A DNA stretch of 39,892 bases from an uncultured Nitrospiraceae bacterium (lineage in GTDB: Bacteria; UBA10199; SBBF01): the NCBI GenBank assembly GCA_964592255.1, contig CAZQCI010000006.1:1-39892 (forward strand), read 5' to 3'. Numbering within the stretch: position 1 is the first letter of the stretch; each line of letters starts with the position of its first letter. A program made the translations under genes and the position numbers. Shown here piece after piece: positions 25,425 to 36,400 of this stretch. The notes under the pieces are model-generated. The model made no database searches and was not told the origin of the DNA. It worked only from the letters and a program-made list of their open reading frames with translations.

Positions 25425-26225
25425 TTATTTCATGGCTTTATCGACATTAATGAAGGGAATAGTTTCACCCATCATGTATTGCGGGAGGCGCCCATCCCAT
25501 TTTTTAACGGCTTCTAATTTGATTAAATTTTGGTTTTCCCTCAACGCTTCCGTCTGAATACGAATGGCTTCGGCTTCCGCTTTGGCTTGCGCGATGCGTT
25601 GCTCGGCTTCAATTTGAATTCTCTTCAAATCGTTTTCTGCCTTTAAGGCCTGTTGTTGGGCAACCTGCTTGTCTTCGATGGCTTTTTCGTAAACGTCCGA
25701 AAAATCAAAATTCACAATCGAAAAATCATCCACAATAATATAACGCGGGGATAGACGGTTCATGAGTGTCTGTTTGATTTCGTCCTTCACTTTTGGTCGT
25801 TCCGAAACTAGTTCTGCGGCTGTAAATTGGGCTGTGGCCGCCTTAACCGATTCTTGAATGGCTGGCGCAATGACCCGGTATTCATAATCAATACCTATTT
25901 CCTGCAATAGTTTTTGAACCTGTTGCGGATCGGGATGATAGTTGAGTGCCATTTTTGTATCTACATTCTGCAAGTCTCTGGAAAAAGAAGGGGCATCCAC
26001 TTCGATCTTCTGAGATTTTACATCTATCTTTAATATTTTTTCCATCAGAGGAATTCGAAAATGAATCCCTTCTCCCAAAACTTTGTCCTGTACAGCACCA
26101 AAATGAGTGAGTACCCCACGCTCGCCTGGACCAATCAGTACAACAGGAGAAAGCCAGAAAAGAATAATGATGGTAAATAAAGCCGTTAAAATACCGCGAC
26201 CCGTTTTAATAAAATTAGAATCCAT
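25425..26225 (-). CDS. SPFH/band-7 (stomatin/prohibitin-like) domain protein
   Basis: N-terminal TM anchor, SPFH domain, and a C-terminal coiled-coil rich in AEAEAIRIQ, at 266 aa. Confidence 0.8.
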   Translation of the reverse strand: MDSNFIKTGRGILTALFTIIILFWLSPVVLIGPGERGVLTHFGAVQDKVLGEGIHFRIPLMEKILKIDVKSQKIEVDAPSFSRDLQNVDTKMALNYHPDPQQVQKLLQEIGIDYEYRVIAPAIQESVKAATAQFTAAELVSERPKVKDEIKQTLMNRLSPRYIIVDDFSIVNFDFSDVYEKAIEDKQVAQQQALKAENDLKRIQIEAEQRIAQAKAEAEAIRIQTEALRENQNLIKLEAVKKWDGRLPQYMMGETIPFINVDKAMK

Positions 26226-26241
26226 GAATAGACCTCAATTT

Positions 26242-26682
26242 TTAAGACATATCCCACAAAGGGTGAAATAGCGAAACCCACAAAAGAATAAGTACAATAT
26301 TACTGAATAAAAAAACAGTAAACCTTAAAGGAACAAAATTAAAAGTAATATGAATCAAGGAATGGACGGCACGCAATATCGTATAAGCCCAAGCCAAGGT
26401 GACAATAGAATGGGGGGCGCCTCCAGCATCCTTGAATGCTACAAAGTAAATAAGGATGACAACGTAAAATAAGACAGGCATTTCAAATAAATTCATTAAA
26501 TTGCGGGATACTACCTTCATATGAGGGGGCTCATCGCCTCCTTGGAATGTTTTGAAAAAATCAGGGTCCACTTCCTTAGTAAATTGGTTTTTGATGCGTA
26601 AGAAAGCCAGGGTCAGTAAAACACACATCACTAAAATGAACATGCCTAAAAGCGGATATAAAATGTCGATAGGATTCTTCAT
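26242..26682 (-). CDS. small 4-TM membrane protein (MAPEG-like?)
   Basis: 146 aa with four hydrophobic helices and an R..H...H motif in helix 3. It is probably co-transcribed with the SPFH gene. Family assignment is tentative. Confidence 0.35.
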   Translation of the reverse strand: MKNPIDILYPLLGMFILVMCVLLTLAFLRIKNQFTKEVDPDFFKTFQGGDEPPHMKVVSRNLMNLFEMPVLFYVVILIYFVAFKDAGGAPHSIVTLAWAYTILRAVHSLIHITFNFVPLRFTVFLFSNIVLILLWVSLFHPLWDMS

Positions 26683-26863
26683 TGCTCTCCTTTCAAGGTT
26701 TGGCCCATGATGGGGGAATGCTTTTGATTTATCAATGAAAAAAGAAGATTCAGCTTTGGTCTAGGCCAAGGCTTACCGGGCATTTCCCCCTTGACTTTAG
26801 GCGTATAAAGTAGCAAAACTTCCGCCTTTTTGAGGATAGTGTCTAATTAATTGAGGAGTTTTT

Positions 26864-28975
26864 ATGTCATCGGCTGCTAATGAAAGAATAGAAAAAATCC
26901 GTAATATCGGAATTTCCGCCCATATCGATTCGGGAAAAACCACGTTAACGGAACGTATTTTGTTCTATACGAAAAAGATTCATAAAATTGAAGAAGTCCG
27001 TGGAAAATCCGGCGTTGGGGCTACCATGGATTTTATGGATTTGGAGCGCGAAAAAGGGATTACCATTCAATCGGCTGCTACCTATGCGGAGTGGAAGAAA
27101 AACGTTATCAATATTATCGATACTCCTGGACACGTAGATTTTACTATTGAGGTTGAACGAGCTCTTCGTGTTTTGGATGGTGCTATTCTTGTCCTTTGTT
27201 CCGTTTCCGGCGTGCAAAGCCAATCCATCACCGTTGACCGTCAAATGACCCGTTACCATGTTCCGCGTATTGCTTTTGTTAACAAAATGGATCGTGCCGG
27301 AGCTGATCCGTTCCGTGTGATGGGCCAATTGCGCGATAAATTGGGTCATAATGCCCATATGATCGCCATGCCGATTGGTGCGGAAGATAAATTTGAAGGA
27401 GTGATTGACCTTGTCGAAATGAAAGCGTGGTATTTTGATGGTGACAACGGGGAAAACATTCGTATCGAAAACATCCCCGCTGACCTTTTGGAAAAAGCCC
27501 GTGAATTACGGCATGAATTGACCGCTGCCATGGGGGATTTTGATGACGAAATTGCTTCACTTTACTTGGAAGACAAAGAAGTGGGCCCTGATCAATTACG
27601 TGCGGCTATTCGTAAAGCGACCTTAAGTTTAAAATTTATTCCCGTCATGATGGGTTCGGCATACAAAAATAAAGGTGTGCAACTTTTGCTCGATAATATT
27701 TGCCACTATCTTCCCAACCCTTCGGAAGTCACTAACCAAGCTCACGACCAAGATAAGAACGAAGAAAAAGTGGTTTTGGAATCGGTACCCAACAAGCCTT
27801 TTGTTGGTTTGGCCTTTAAATTGGAAGATGGCCGTTTTGGACAGTTAACTTACATGCGTATTTATCAAGGTACTGTTTCTAAGGGCGACACTATCATTAA
27901 CTCCGTAAACCAGAAGAAAGTCAAAGTGCCTCGTTTGGTTCGTATGCATGCTGACCAAATGAACGATATCGAATCCGCCAGTGCCGGTGATATTGTTGCT
28001 ATGTTCGGGGTGGATTGCGCTTCCGGAGATACGTTTACCGACGGAAACGTGCGCTACACCATGACTTCCATGCATGTACCTAATGCGGTTATTTCTTTGG
28101 CGGTGGCTCCTAAAGACAAAGCCGCACAAGCTAATTTTTCCAAAGCGCTTAATCGTTTCTCGAAAGAAGATCCTACATTCCGTGTGCATCGTGATGAGGA
28201 AAGTGCGCAAACCATTATTTCCGGAATGGGTGAATTGCATTTGGAAATTTATATCGAACGCATGAAGCGCGAATACAATTGCGAAGTGATTGCCGGAAAA
28301 CCCCAAGTGGCTTATCGCGAAGCCATTACGAACAAAACCGATTTTGTGTATCAACACAAAAAACAAACCGGGGGTTCCGGACAATACGCCAAAATTTGTG
28401 GTTATTTCGAACCGTTGCCTTCTGATGCTGTGGAAACTTACGAGTTTGTCGATGAAATTGTAGGTGGAAAAATTCCCCGTGAATTTATTCCTTCTTGCGA
28501 CAAAGGATTTCAGGAACAGCTTAAAAAAGGTCTGCTCATTGGATTCCCAGTTGTTGGTTTTCGTGCTGTTATCAACGACGGAGCTTACCATGACGTGGAC
28601 TCCTCCGACATGGCCTTCCGTATCTGCGCCATGACAGCAATTCGTGAGTTTTATTACCAATGTAAACCGGTGGTGTTAGAACCCATCATGCGTCTGCAAA
28701 CTCAGGCTCCTGAAGAATTTCAAGGAGCTGTTGTGGGGCAAATCAACCAACGTCGTGGTGTGATTGCCGGAACCCAAACCTCCAGTAGCTATGTAACGGT
28801 TGATGCTGAAGTGCCGTTGTCTGAAATGTTTGGTTATTCCACCGATCTTCGTAGCTCCACTCAAGGTAAAGGCGAGTTTACGATGGAATTTTTAAAATAT
28901 GCCCCCGTTCCTCGCAACGTTCAGGATCTTCTGGTTAAACAGTATCAGGAAAAACGCGCGGCGGAGAACAAGTAA
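26864..28975 (+). CDS. fusA: elongation factor G family GTPase (stand-alone paralog, EF-G2-like)
   Basis: G1 [21 protein letters not shown], and EF-G domains II-V, at 703 aa. It is not embedded in an rpsL-rpsG-tuf context. Confidence 0.85.
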   Translation: MSSAANERIEKIRNIGISAHIDSGKTTLTERILFYTKKIHKIEEVRGKSGVGATMDFMDLEREKGITIQSAATYAEWKKNVINIIDTPGHVDFTIEVERALRVLDGAILVLCSVSGVQSQSITVDRQMTRYHVPRIAFVNKMDRAGADPFRVMGQLRDKLGHNAHMIAMPIGAEDKFEGVIDLVEMKAWYFDGDNGENIRIENIPADLLEKARELRHELTAAMGDFDDEIASLYLEDKEVGPDQLRAAIRKATLSLKFIPVMMGSAYKNKGVQLLLDNICHYLPNPSEVTNQAHDQDKNEEKVVLESVPNKPFVGLAFKLEDGRFGQLTYMRIYQGTVSKGDTIINSVNQKKVKVPRLVRMHADQMNDIESASAGDIVAMFGVDCASGDTFTDGNVRYTMTSMHVPNAVISLAVAPKDKAAQANFSKALNRFSKEDPTFRVHRDEESAQTIISGMGELHLEIYIERMKREYNCEVIAGKPQVAYREAITNKTDFVYQHKKQTGGSGQYAKICGYFEPLPSDAVETYEFVDEIVGGKIPREFIPSCDKGFQEQLKKGLLIGFPVVGFRAVINDGAYHDVDSSDMAFRICAMTAIREFYYQCKPVVLEPIMRLQTQAPEEFQGAVVGQINQRRGVIAGTQTSSSYVTVDAEVPLSEMFGYSTDLRSSTQGKGEFTMEFLKYAPVPRNVQDLLVKQYQEKRAAENK

Positions 28976-28980
28976 AATAC

Positions 28981-29062
28981 GGTTCGACAGGCTTGCATGT
29001 CCATGGCGCTCACCATGTCCATGGACACTCTGAACGTAGTCCCAACGGGACGAAGTCGAAGG
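28981..29062. repeat. MITE/REP-like palindromic element, family C copy 3
   Basis: Starts GGTTCGACAGGC and ends CGAAGTCGAAGG. It contains a direct duplication of ATGTCCATGG and a GTCCC-aac-GGGAC hairpin. It accounts for the spurious His-rich N-terminus of ORF 28993. Confidence 0.55.
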
Positions 29063-29070
29063 GTCATACC

Positions 29071-29457
29071 ATGAGCAAATTTCAGCCCATTCTCAGCGAA
29101 TTGAAATCGCTTCAAGCTCAATTTACAAAAGTAACCAACCATATCTGGGGGCTTAAACGTTCTTATTTAATCTTGTTACGCCAAGGAATGAAAGAGGATG
29201 ACTTTTTACCACGACGGACAAAGTCTTTGGAAGAACAAGCCTCGCAGGAATTTCAAAAGCTATATTCAAAACTTCAACATATTATCCAAAATCATTTTGA
29301 TGATGAATTTTTCTTGCTCGACTCCGATAGCGACGTGGAAGCTATCCGTATGATTATCCTCAGCATGCGTTATATTCACAATGCTTTTGCCGGTGAACCC
29401 CCTGTTGGAGAAACATTGGCTCGCCTGAATGCAGCGCTTCCATTTTCTGTGTCATAA
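29071..29457 (+). CDS. hypothetical protein (129 aa from the ATG at 29071)
   Basis: ORF with a GAAGGG SD 7 nt upstream and no recognisable domain. The upstream part of the tracked ORF is repeat-derived. Confidence 0.45.
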   Translation: MSKFQPILSELKSLQAQFTKVTNHIWGLKRSYLILLRQGMKEDDFLPRRTKSLEEQASQEFQKLYSKLQHIIQNHFDDEFFLLDSDSDVEAIRMIILSMRYIHNAFAGEPPVGETLARLNAALPFSVS

Positions 29458-29476
29458 CAAATATTGTCACGTCACA

Positions 29477-29502
29477 CTCAATACGTTGAGTTTTATTTTT
29501 TT
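29477..29502 (+). terminator. candidate intrinsic terminator
   Basis: CTCAA-tacg-TTGAG followed by TTTTATTTTTTT. The stem is short, so it is weak to moderate. Confidence 0.35.
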
Positions 29503-30974
29503 GAAAACGTGAATCCCTTGCCTTCTCCCCGAGGGTCAGAGAACACAGAGGTTTGTTTGTCTGTGCGAATCATGAGGGCTTGTACGTTGCCAATGGAATC
29601 TTTCATTTCTATAGGTTGATCTGTTTCCAGATTTTCTAAAATTCTTTTTGGGAATTTCTTTTCTGCTACTAAACCTTTGGTGACAGGGGAGTAATAAATT
29701 TTAGGTTGAGCAATCGCTTGAGTAAATAAGGCTTTCCAATCCCAAGTTATAAATAAAATTTGGAAAAGATTTTGAGGGATGGTCAATCCACCAGGGGTTC
29801 CAAGGACCAAAAAAGGTTTATTGTTTTTAAAAACAATAGTGGGGCTCATGCTTGAAAGAGGGCGCCGGCCCGCTATAGGGCGGTTGGGAGATTTAGGATT
29901 AGTTGAAAAATCGGACAATTCGTCGTTAAGAATAATACCTGTGTTAGTGGCGATAAGCCCTGATCCAAAAGGAGAATTGAGGGTGTTAGTCATTGCAGCC
30001 ATATTTCCTTCATTATCAATGACTGAAATGTGGGTGGTGTGGGCAATAATATTGTAGTCAGAGTCCCCTAGTGCTGCGTCACGATAATCGAAATAATCAC
30101 GGATGCCGTTTAATAAGCGTTGATAAGCTTCTGTCGAATAGGGGCGCTCTTTGTTGGCTTTGTAAATGATGGCTTTGCGGAAGAGAAGACTTAAGCCTGC
30201 CCCACCCGAGCTGGGAATGGGAGCAGAGGTGATTTCATAACTATCTTTGGTAAATTGGGACGGCTTTCTCCAATGAGCCGTATAGTTTTTTAAATCGTCA
30301 GTTGTAATGAGCCCGCCATTTTTTTTCATATAGGCGGCTAATTCGTTGGCGAGTATTCCTTTGTAAAAAACATTTTCCCCACCACTTTGGATTAAGGCTA
30401 ATGTATTGGCTAATTCGTCTTGCTTAACGCTGACCCCTTTTTTAAAAGGAGTGACGAAAATGGAGGAAAGATCCGGGTCTTTTTCCAATGTGCTTTGGTT
30501 CTCAGAAATTTTTTCACTCAATTTTCCAGAGATGGGAATTCCTTCTTTAGCCAAATTAATGGCTGGTGCCATGAGGTCATTCCAAGACGTTTTCCCCAAA
30601 ACCCGGTTGATTTCACTCATGCCTTTAATAAAACCAGGGATGCCAACGGAAGTAATTCCCGACTGGAACTTTTTGGGATCTTGTTTTGTTGTTGCTGCTG
30701 GCGCAGTCTCTCGATAGTCGAGAAAGCTGAATTCTTTTTTCTGCGCATCATAATAGAGTAAAAACCCGCCTCCACCGATGCCAGAATAAAAAGGTTCTGC
30801 CACTCCTAAAGCAAAGGCGGTGGCTACGGCCGCATCGGCAGCATTTCCTCCTTTTTTGATGATGTCGATACCTATCTCACTGGCTTTGGGGTTAGCTGAA
30901 ACCACCGCTGCCTGATAGGCATGAGAAACCAGAGGAAGAATTACAAAAAAGAAAGCTAGGAAAATTTTTTTCAT
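29493..30974 (-). CDS. ggt: gamma-glutamyltranspeptidase (GGT)
   Basis: Signal peptide, the GGT fold, and the autoprocessing Thr in AHTTHISVID, with a GG-rich oxyanion region. Confidence 0.8.
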   Translation of the reverse strand: MKKIFLAFFFVILPLVSHAYQAAVVSANPKASEIGIDIIKKGGNAADAAVATAFALGVAEPFYSGIGGGGFLLYYDAQKKEFSFLDYRETAPAATTKQDPKKFQSGITSVGIPGFIKGMSEINRVLGKTSWNDLMAPAINLAKEGIPISGKLSEKISENQSTLEKDPDLSSIFVTPFKKGVSVKQDELANTLALIQSGGENVFYKGILANELAAYMKKNGGLITTDDLKNYTAHWRKPSQFTKDSYEITSAPIPSSGGAGLSLLFRKAIIYKANKERPYSTEAYQRLLNGIRDYFDYRDAALGDSDYNIIAHTTHISVIDNEGNMAAMTNTLNSPFGSGLIATNTGIILNDELSDFSTNPKSPNRPIAGRRPLSSMSPTIVFKNNKPFLVLGTPGGLTIPQNLFQILFITWDWKALFTQAIAQPKIYYSPVTKGLVAEKKFPKRILENLETDQPIEMKDSIGNVQALMIRTDKQTSVFSDPRGEGKGFTFSKK

Positions 30975-31781
30975 ATGATAGGGGGATTACTCATAATGTC
31001 TGCCATCTCCATCGTCAACGCAAAAAAATCTTATGCGCATCTTCAAGCTCTTAAAGGCATTAATCTTGAAATTGAAGAAGGGGAGTTTTTTGGCCTTTTA
31101 GGACCCAATGGCGCAGGAAAAACCACCCTTATCAGCTCAATAGTTGGTCTTTGCCGCTTTGAAGGAACTATCAAAGTCCATGGATACGATGTTAAAAAGG
31201 ATTTTATCAAAGCCCATGCCCTTGTTGGTTATGCCCCGCAGGATGTTAACCTCGATCGGTTTTTCTCCATCAAAAAAATTCTTAAATTTCAAGCTGGTTT
31301 TTTTGGTATTCCACACACAAAACGTGATGAGATTATCGATCGCTTGCTGCATCAATTCCGCTTAGAAGAAAAAGCGGATAGCCCTTACTACCGCTTGTCC
31401 GGAGGCATGCAAAAAAGAGTCTTGATTGCCAAAGCTATGGTGGGATCACCGCGTGTCTTAATTCTTGATGAACCTACTGCTGGTGTTGATGTGGAACAAC
31501 GATTTGAGTTGTGGTCTTTTTTAAAAAATCTTAATGCCGACGGAACCACCATCATCCTCACCACTCATTATATTGATGAAGCCCAAGAATTATGTCAGCG
31601 GATCGGTATCATCAATCAAGGTGAAGTTAAGGAATTAGGAACCACCGACAGCCTGATTGATAAGTATTGCGAAAAAAAGGTTATCCCTAATCATATAGAA
31701 CGAGGAACCTTAGAAGACGTGTTCCTCAAAGTGGTAGGACATAAGATGAGTGAGGCAGAAAAAAGATCAGAGAAGAAGTAG
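30975..31781 (+). CDS. ABC transporter ATP-binding protein (ABC-2 type)
   Basis: Walker A GPNGAGKTT, signature LSGGMQKR and Walker B ILDEPT. The start is probably the ATG near 30996. Confidence 0.85.
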   Translation: MIGGLLIMSAISIVNAKKSYAHLQALKGINLEIEEGEFFGLLGPNGAGKTTLISSIVGLCRFEGTIKVHGYDVKKDFIKAHALVGYAPQDVNLDRFFSIKKILKFQAGFFGIPHTKRDEIIDRLLHQFRLEEKADSPYYRLSGGMQKRVLIAKAMVGSPRVLILDEPTAGVDVEQRFELWSFLKNLNADGTTIILTTHYIDEAQELCQRIGIINQGEVKELGTTDSLIDKYCEKKVIPNHIERGTLEDVFLKVVGHKMSEAEKRSEKK

Positions 31782-31879
31782 ATTGTTTTATTCCAATTTC
31801 TTCGGAACTCCTTGTCCGCCAAAGAAGGCGGACTCGTCAAACAGCCGAAGAAATTTCCACAAAACAATCTACTTCTTCT
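31771..31879. repeat. long inverted-repeat element (family D) between the ABC ATPase and permease genes
   Basis: 35-nt arms AGAAGAAGTAGATTGTTTTATTCCAATTTCTTCGG / CCGAAGAAATTTCCACAAAACAATCTACTTCTTCT (only a 5-nt central mismatch) around a GTCCGCC-aaagaa-GGCGGAC hairpin. The left arm overlaps the ATPase stop codon. Confidence 0.65.
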
Positions 31880-31894
31880 CTGATCTATAGTGAT

Positions 31895-32656
31895 ATGAAC
31901 TGGACTGGATTTTCAACTTTAGTAGAGCGGGAATTTTATCGTTTTATCCGCTTATTTAATCAAACCGTCTCTCCTCCATTGATGACGACGGTGATGTATA
32001 TTCTTATCTTCGGTTATTCCTTGGGTTCGCGCATTAAAGAAATCAACGGGTTTTCCTACATTGTCTACATCATCCCGGGGTTGATCCAAATGGGTGTGGT
32101 GAATAATTCCTACGCCAACACGTCGACGTCGCTTTACATGGCGCGCTTGGAGCGTTCTATCGAAAATGTTTTGGTGGCACCCTTGTATCGTTTTCAAATT
32201 GTTACAGCTTATATTCTTGGGGGTGTGTTGCGTGGTATGGTTGTAGGCCTGACTATCCTTGGAGGGGCCGCAGTTTTTGTTAAATTACCCATTCATAGTT
32301 GGACCATTATTTTAGTTTCTCTTTTCTTTACCTCGGTTTTGTTCGGGGGGCTGGGAATTATTTCTGCCCTATGGGCCGAAAGCTGGGAGAAGATGGCGAC
32401 GTTTACCAATTATGTCATCACGCCTTTTATTTATCTAGGTGGCGTGTTTTATTCCATCCACATGCTGCCGCCGTTTTGGATGAAAGTTTCCCTTCTTAAT
32501 CCTATTTTCCATTGCATCGATCTCACCCGTTTTGGTTTTTTAGGAGTATCCGATTCCCCCATTTGGGTTTCTTTAACCCTTTTGATAACCTCGGCTGTTA
32601 TTGTCTACCTGGTTTGTGTCGCCCTTTTTTGGAAAGGGTATAAACTGCTAAGATAA
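31895..32656 (+). CDS. ABC-2 family transporter permease
   Basis: 253 aa with six predicted TM helices, cognate to the preceding ATPase. Confidence 0.8.
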   Translation: MNWTGFSTLVEREFYRFIRLFNQTVSPPLMTTVMYILIFGYSLGSRIKEINGFSYIVYIIPGLIQMGVVNNSYANTSTSLYMARLERSIENVLVAPLYRFQIVTAYILGGVLRGMVVGLTILGGAAVFVKLPIHSWTIILVSLFFTSVLFGGLGIISALWAESWEKMATFTNYVITPFIYLGGVFYSIHMLPPFWMKVSLLNPIFHCIDLTRFGFLGVSDSPIWVSLTLLITSAVIVYLVCVALFWKGYKLLR

Positions 32657-32664
32657 ATTTTCCT

Positions 32665-32693
32665 TGATTTTTGTAGGACAAATTTATTAAAAT
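32665..32693 (+). promoter_or_regulatory. candidate sigma70 promoter of vapBC
   Basis: TTGATT, 17-nt spacer, TAAAAT, ending 7 nt before the GTG start (leaderless or short-leader mRNA). Confidence 0.4.
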
Positions 32694-32699
32694 GTATAC

Positions 32700-32906
32700 G
32701 TGAGTTCAAAAACAACCCAGCCTGTTACCGTTCGGTTTTCCATAAAAGAACTTAAAATGCTGAAAAGGGTTTCGGGGAAAAAAACCAAATCCGAAGCCAT
32801 TCGCACTCTTTTGCTTCAAGAAGTTGAGCGTCAAAACCAGATTGAGCTTGGGAAAAAAATTTACGGCAAAATGAAACCCTCCGACTTTGATGATCGCCTT
32901 ATTTGA
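32700..32906 (+). CDS. vapB: ribbon-helix-helix antitoxin (VapB/CopG-like)
   Basis: 68 aa with an N-terminal beta-strand (VTVRFSIKELKMLKRV) followed by two helices. It is immediately upstream of, and overlaps, the PIN toxin gene. Confidence 0.65.
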   Translation: MSSKTTQPVTVRFSIKELKMLKRVSGKKTKSEAIRTLLLQEVERQNQIELGKKIYGKMKPSDFDDRLI

Positions 32907-33285
32907 TACTAACATTTATATCGACGAATTAATCGGCCGTCTTCCGGCAGGGAAATTCAACAAATGGCGCTTGCAATACATCCTCCGCCTTTCTCCCGTT
33001 GTTTACCATGAATTGCTCAGAGGGGCCCGTAATCTTTCCCTCATCCACGAAATTCGGCAAAAGACACTTTTATTACCTGCTCCCAGTTTCACTATGTGGG
33101 AAAAAAGCGCATATATCTTAAGACATTTTCGTGAAAAATTCGGTTCTTCCGAAGAATTGCACAAACTCCAAAACGATATCCTCATTGCTTTATCAGCACG
33201 GGAAAATGGAGCTCTTCTTATTACACGAGACAAGCATTTTAAACAAATAGCCGATTTTTTGGCTTTTTCTTACCTTATTGTTTAA
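32890..33285 (+). CDS. vapC: PIN-domain ribonuclease toxin (VapC)
   Basis: Begins with the PIN motif LFDTNIYID. It has conserved acidic residues and the LITRD motif near the C-terminus. It overlaps vapB by 17 nt. Confidence 0.75.
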   Translation: MIALFDTNIYIDELIGRLPAGKFNKWRLQYILRLSPVVYHELLRGARNLSLIHEIRQKTLLLPAPSFTMWEKSAYILRHFREKFGSSEELHKLQNDILIALSARENGALLITRDKHFKQIADFLAFSYLIV

Positions 33286-33422
33286 ATCTGACACGCTGCG
33301 TCATAACCTGTTGTTTTTTGTGGGTTTTTTTTAACTTTTCCGCAACTTTTTCTTGACCCCACCGATACAAATGTACCATTTTTTATCCTTAACTATTTAT
33401 TCGTGTCTGCAATGCTCCGTGT

Positions 33423-36400
33423 TTGTTGCGGGGAAACTTCATTGCGGTAATTTTTATGGCTCCTCCTGGCCCGGTAACATTAAGAAGTCTTTTTTCAGCC
33501 ACACCATCAGCGAGTGGAGGAGTTGGTGATGTTGATGGGACCACTCTTGATGCAATGGCAACAGGACTTGCAACGAACAATCCAGGAGTCATTTATGGGA
33601 TTGATTCTGTAACAAGAGAGGCTTTGCTGAGAGCTTTAGGAGACGCGTCAGTAGGAGGAATGCCATTAGTTGGTAATTTATGGACAAATCAAGCAGCATT
33701 TTCGTCAGCAGCCAGAGAAGAGGCTGATCCAAGTGTTTCTTCTCTTAGTCCTGATCTGTCTGTTCCCGGTTTAAGACGTTATGTGGCTTTAGGTGATGCT
33801 TATAAGGTAAAAACAGATCCCCATTCGGGAAAACAAAGTTATGCAAGAACGTCTACAGGGCTTCATAACTGGGGTGAACTTTTAGAATTTATTTCTTCCG
33901 CCTTAACAGAGTCTGGGGAACCCTCAATCGAATTAAATATTAATCAATCCGATTTTTCCACATTGCGTCCACCTCCGGATTTTTTATCTGCTGTGAGGGC
34001 ACTTCTTTCCTCCCCTGAGGCTCAAAGTAAAAATTTATCTTTGGTTCTTCATGGAGATTTTAAAGATGTCCCTGTCATTTATCGTTTTAAAGATGGCGAT
34101 ATGACCGTTTCTTCCCAAGACACCAGTTATCCGGAAGCGGCTAGTTTTTGGGCAGATGAACGAGTCCAAGAGGTTTGGCAAACTTGGGGTCGGGAGCATC
34201 GTGAGTACCCAGCTCTTCTTAATGCCTTACAGCAGACACATGTAGAATTAGGGGAAGCCCCCTTGGGGGATTTTTTAGAGCGGGTTATTGAGGTGTATAA
34301 TCAGAACATGGAGTTTTATCCGGATAAAAAAATTCAGGATACAGGGCGGGGGAAAATTTTTGATTGCATTCATCAGTTACAAACAAAATTACGTGAAATT
34401 GCTGTGGCTGTGGCGCAGGAAGAAGGTCTAGTTCCTCCTCCTGCGGCTTTAACTTGGGATCCGGTTTTTGATATTCTCAACCACCATCCCTCCTCGCATC
34501 GTCAAAGCTGGGTGATCATCGGTGCGGGGCAGATGGGGCAGGCTTATGCACGGACTTTGTTGCGTAGAATAGATCATGGGATACTCGACTTAGACGCCGA
34601 TATTATTTTGGTACAATCTTCAACAGCCGTGATTGATGAGCTAAATGGCCCAGGCACCAACGTAAAACAATTTCCCGGTATTGCGGTTAACCCAACCAAC
34701 AATCGCCGTTTTCATGTGCTTAATTTATCTCAAAGGGATGAAGCCCTTCGTGCTTACCTTGATCGATCCAAACAAACAGGGTCAACCTCTAAAGATCAAA
34801 AAGTTGTTTTGTTAACTGTGCGTGTCCATCAGTTAGGACAAGTATTAGATCAACGTTTGTTGAGTGCTGTAGCTGAATTACAGCCCGATGCTTTGGGTAC
34901 CCCTCTTAAATCTTTCAAACCAGAGCAAGATGATGAAGGTATTTTGCCGTTTAGAGATGGTCAGCGTGTGTTAGAGCACGCATCTCCTGGCTTGGGTGGT
35001 CGCTTGGTACTTGTAGGTGGATTTGGAGAAGCCAGAAAAATTCTTTTAGGAAGTGCGGATGTTTCTCAAACAGCGGCAGGAGGTGATGAGACAGCCGTGC
35101 ATCTTATAGCGGATGGATTAGATATTTCAGAACGTTACGTTGGTGCTGATATGGCAGCCAAGGTCAATATCGATGGCGCTGCTAAAAATGCCACCATCTA
35201 CGCATCTGGCCGAAGATTAATGGCCCGCGCCTTGGCTAATCCTAGCCCGGCTATACATGAAGACTGGGCCGATTTGCAGGCATTGCTTGCATCCGAAAAA
35301 GCAAGAAACATTACTATCCAAGACGAAGTAGGCGCGCGCTTAGGACCCCATCATGGCTTAAGTCTTGTCCATCTTCCTACATCTCAGGGCGCTAAAAATG
35401 ATGCGGACTACTGCCTGCCTCGTAGTACTGTTTTTCTTATAGAAAGAGTGCGCCCTCAAGTTGCTAAAATTATCCGAACCGGGGATTTGAATTTATTAAA
35501 ACAATTAATTGCTGAAATTGAGATTGATAAAGAAGGTATTATGGGAACCCGCAATACGCGGGATGGGTATATCGATCAAATTTTATATACAGTTTATGAT
35601 TCTTTAGTTTCATCAGATAAGTTTACTGGAGATTTTGCCACCTTCTACAAAACTTATCATCCTTGGCAAGGAGAGAAAGAACAGGAAGGACGCAAGGCCA
35701 TTGCTGCTTTAATTGGCTTGGCACAAAAAAGAGGAATTATCCTTCCTCGCGGAATTTATGAAGCCTGGAATTTTTATCATCCGGAAAATCTGATCGACAT
35801 TCCGCCTGAAGCCCAAAGAGATGATGCAGGTTTAGATGGTGCGAGGCTCCAACCTGTATGGGGCCTGCCTGAGCCTTGGTTAAGTGGTTGGTGGTGTGTG
35901 ATGCATAGTATCCACGGTAAATATACTAACCCCGCACATCGTTTAAAAACTCCCAAACCAAGTAGGGTGGCTCAAGATTTACGTAATTTAAAAACAGCTA
36001 TCCTGACTTTGTCTACGGCCACTTCCTTAGAGTCTCATCATGGACAATATCCGGAAGTTACCAGCCGTCTTCTTATTATTGCCGAACGCTTGGAAAATTT
36101 GGCCAAGATTTTTGATATAAATGGATTTAGTGAAGAAAAATTATCATCCTCTGTTAAAGCATTACGCGGTATTTTGAGTGAAGTGCAAAGAACTTTTGAA
36201 GAAGATGTTAATGACGTTTCTGTATTGTTGATTCATCTCATGAACATTGCCCAAAAAATTCATTCTGTGGAAAGAATATTGGCTCAGGATGAGAAAGCTC
36301 AACAAAAACCTGCTGCCTCAAGGAGGCGTCAATCCCAGCCAACGGCATCAGCGCTTGGTAGCCATGCTGGTGTTGTGGCTTCGATGTTTATGGCACTCCA

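Noticed and set aside
27279-28660. Antisense ORFs inside fusA (including the 271-aa ORF at 27845-28660 minus)
   Set aside because: The fusA assignment is unambiguous. The long antisense frame is a known artefact of EF-G codon usage.
28981-28990. GGTTCGA motif reminiscent of a tRNA T-loop
   Set aside because: No acceptor or anticodon arms can be drawn. It is the terminus of the family-C palindromic repeat.
28993-29070. His-rich N-terminal extension (MHVHGAHHVHGH..) of the ORF 28993-29457
   Set aside because: It is encoded by the duplicated ATGTCCATGG inside the family-C repeat. The gene most likely starts at the ATG at 29071, which has an SD.
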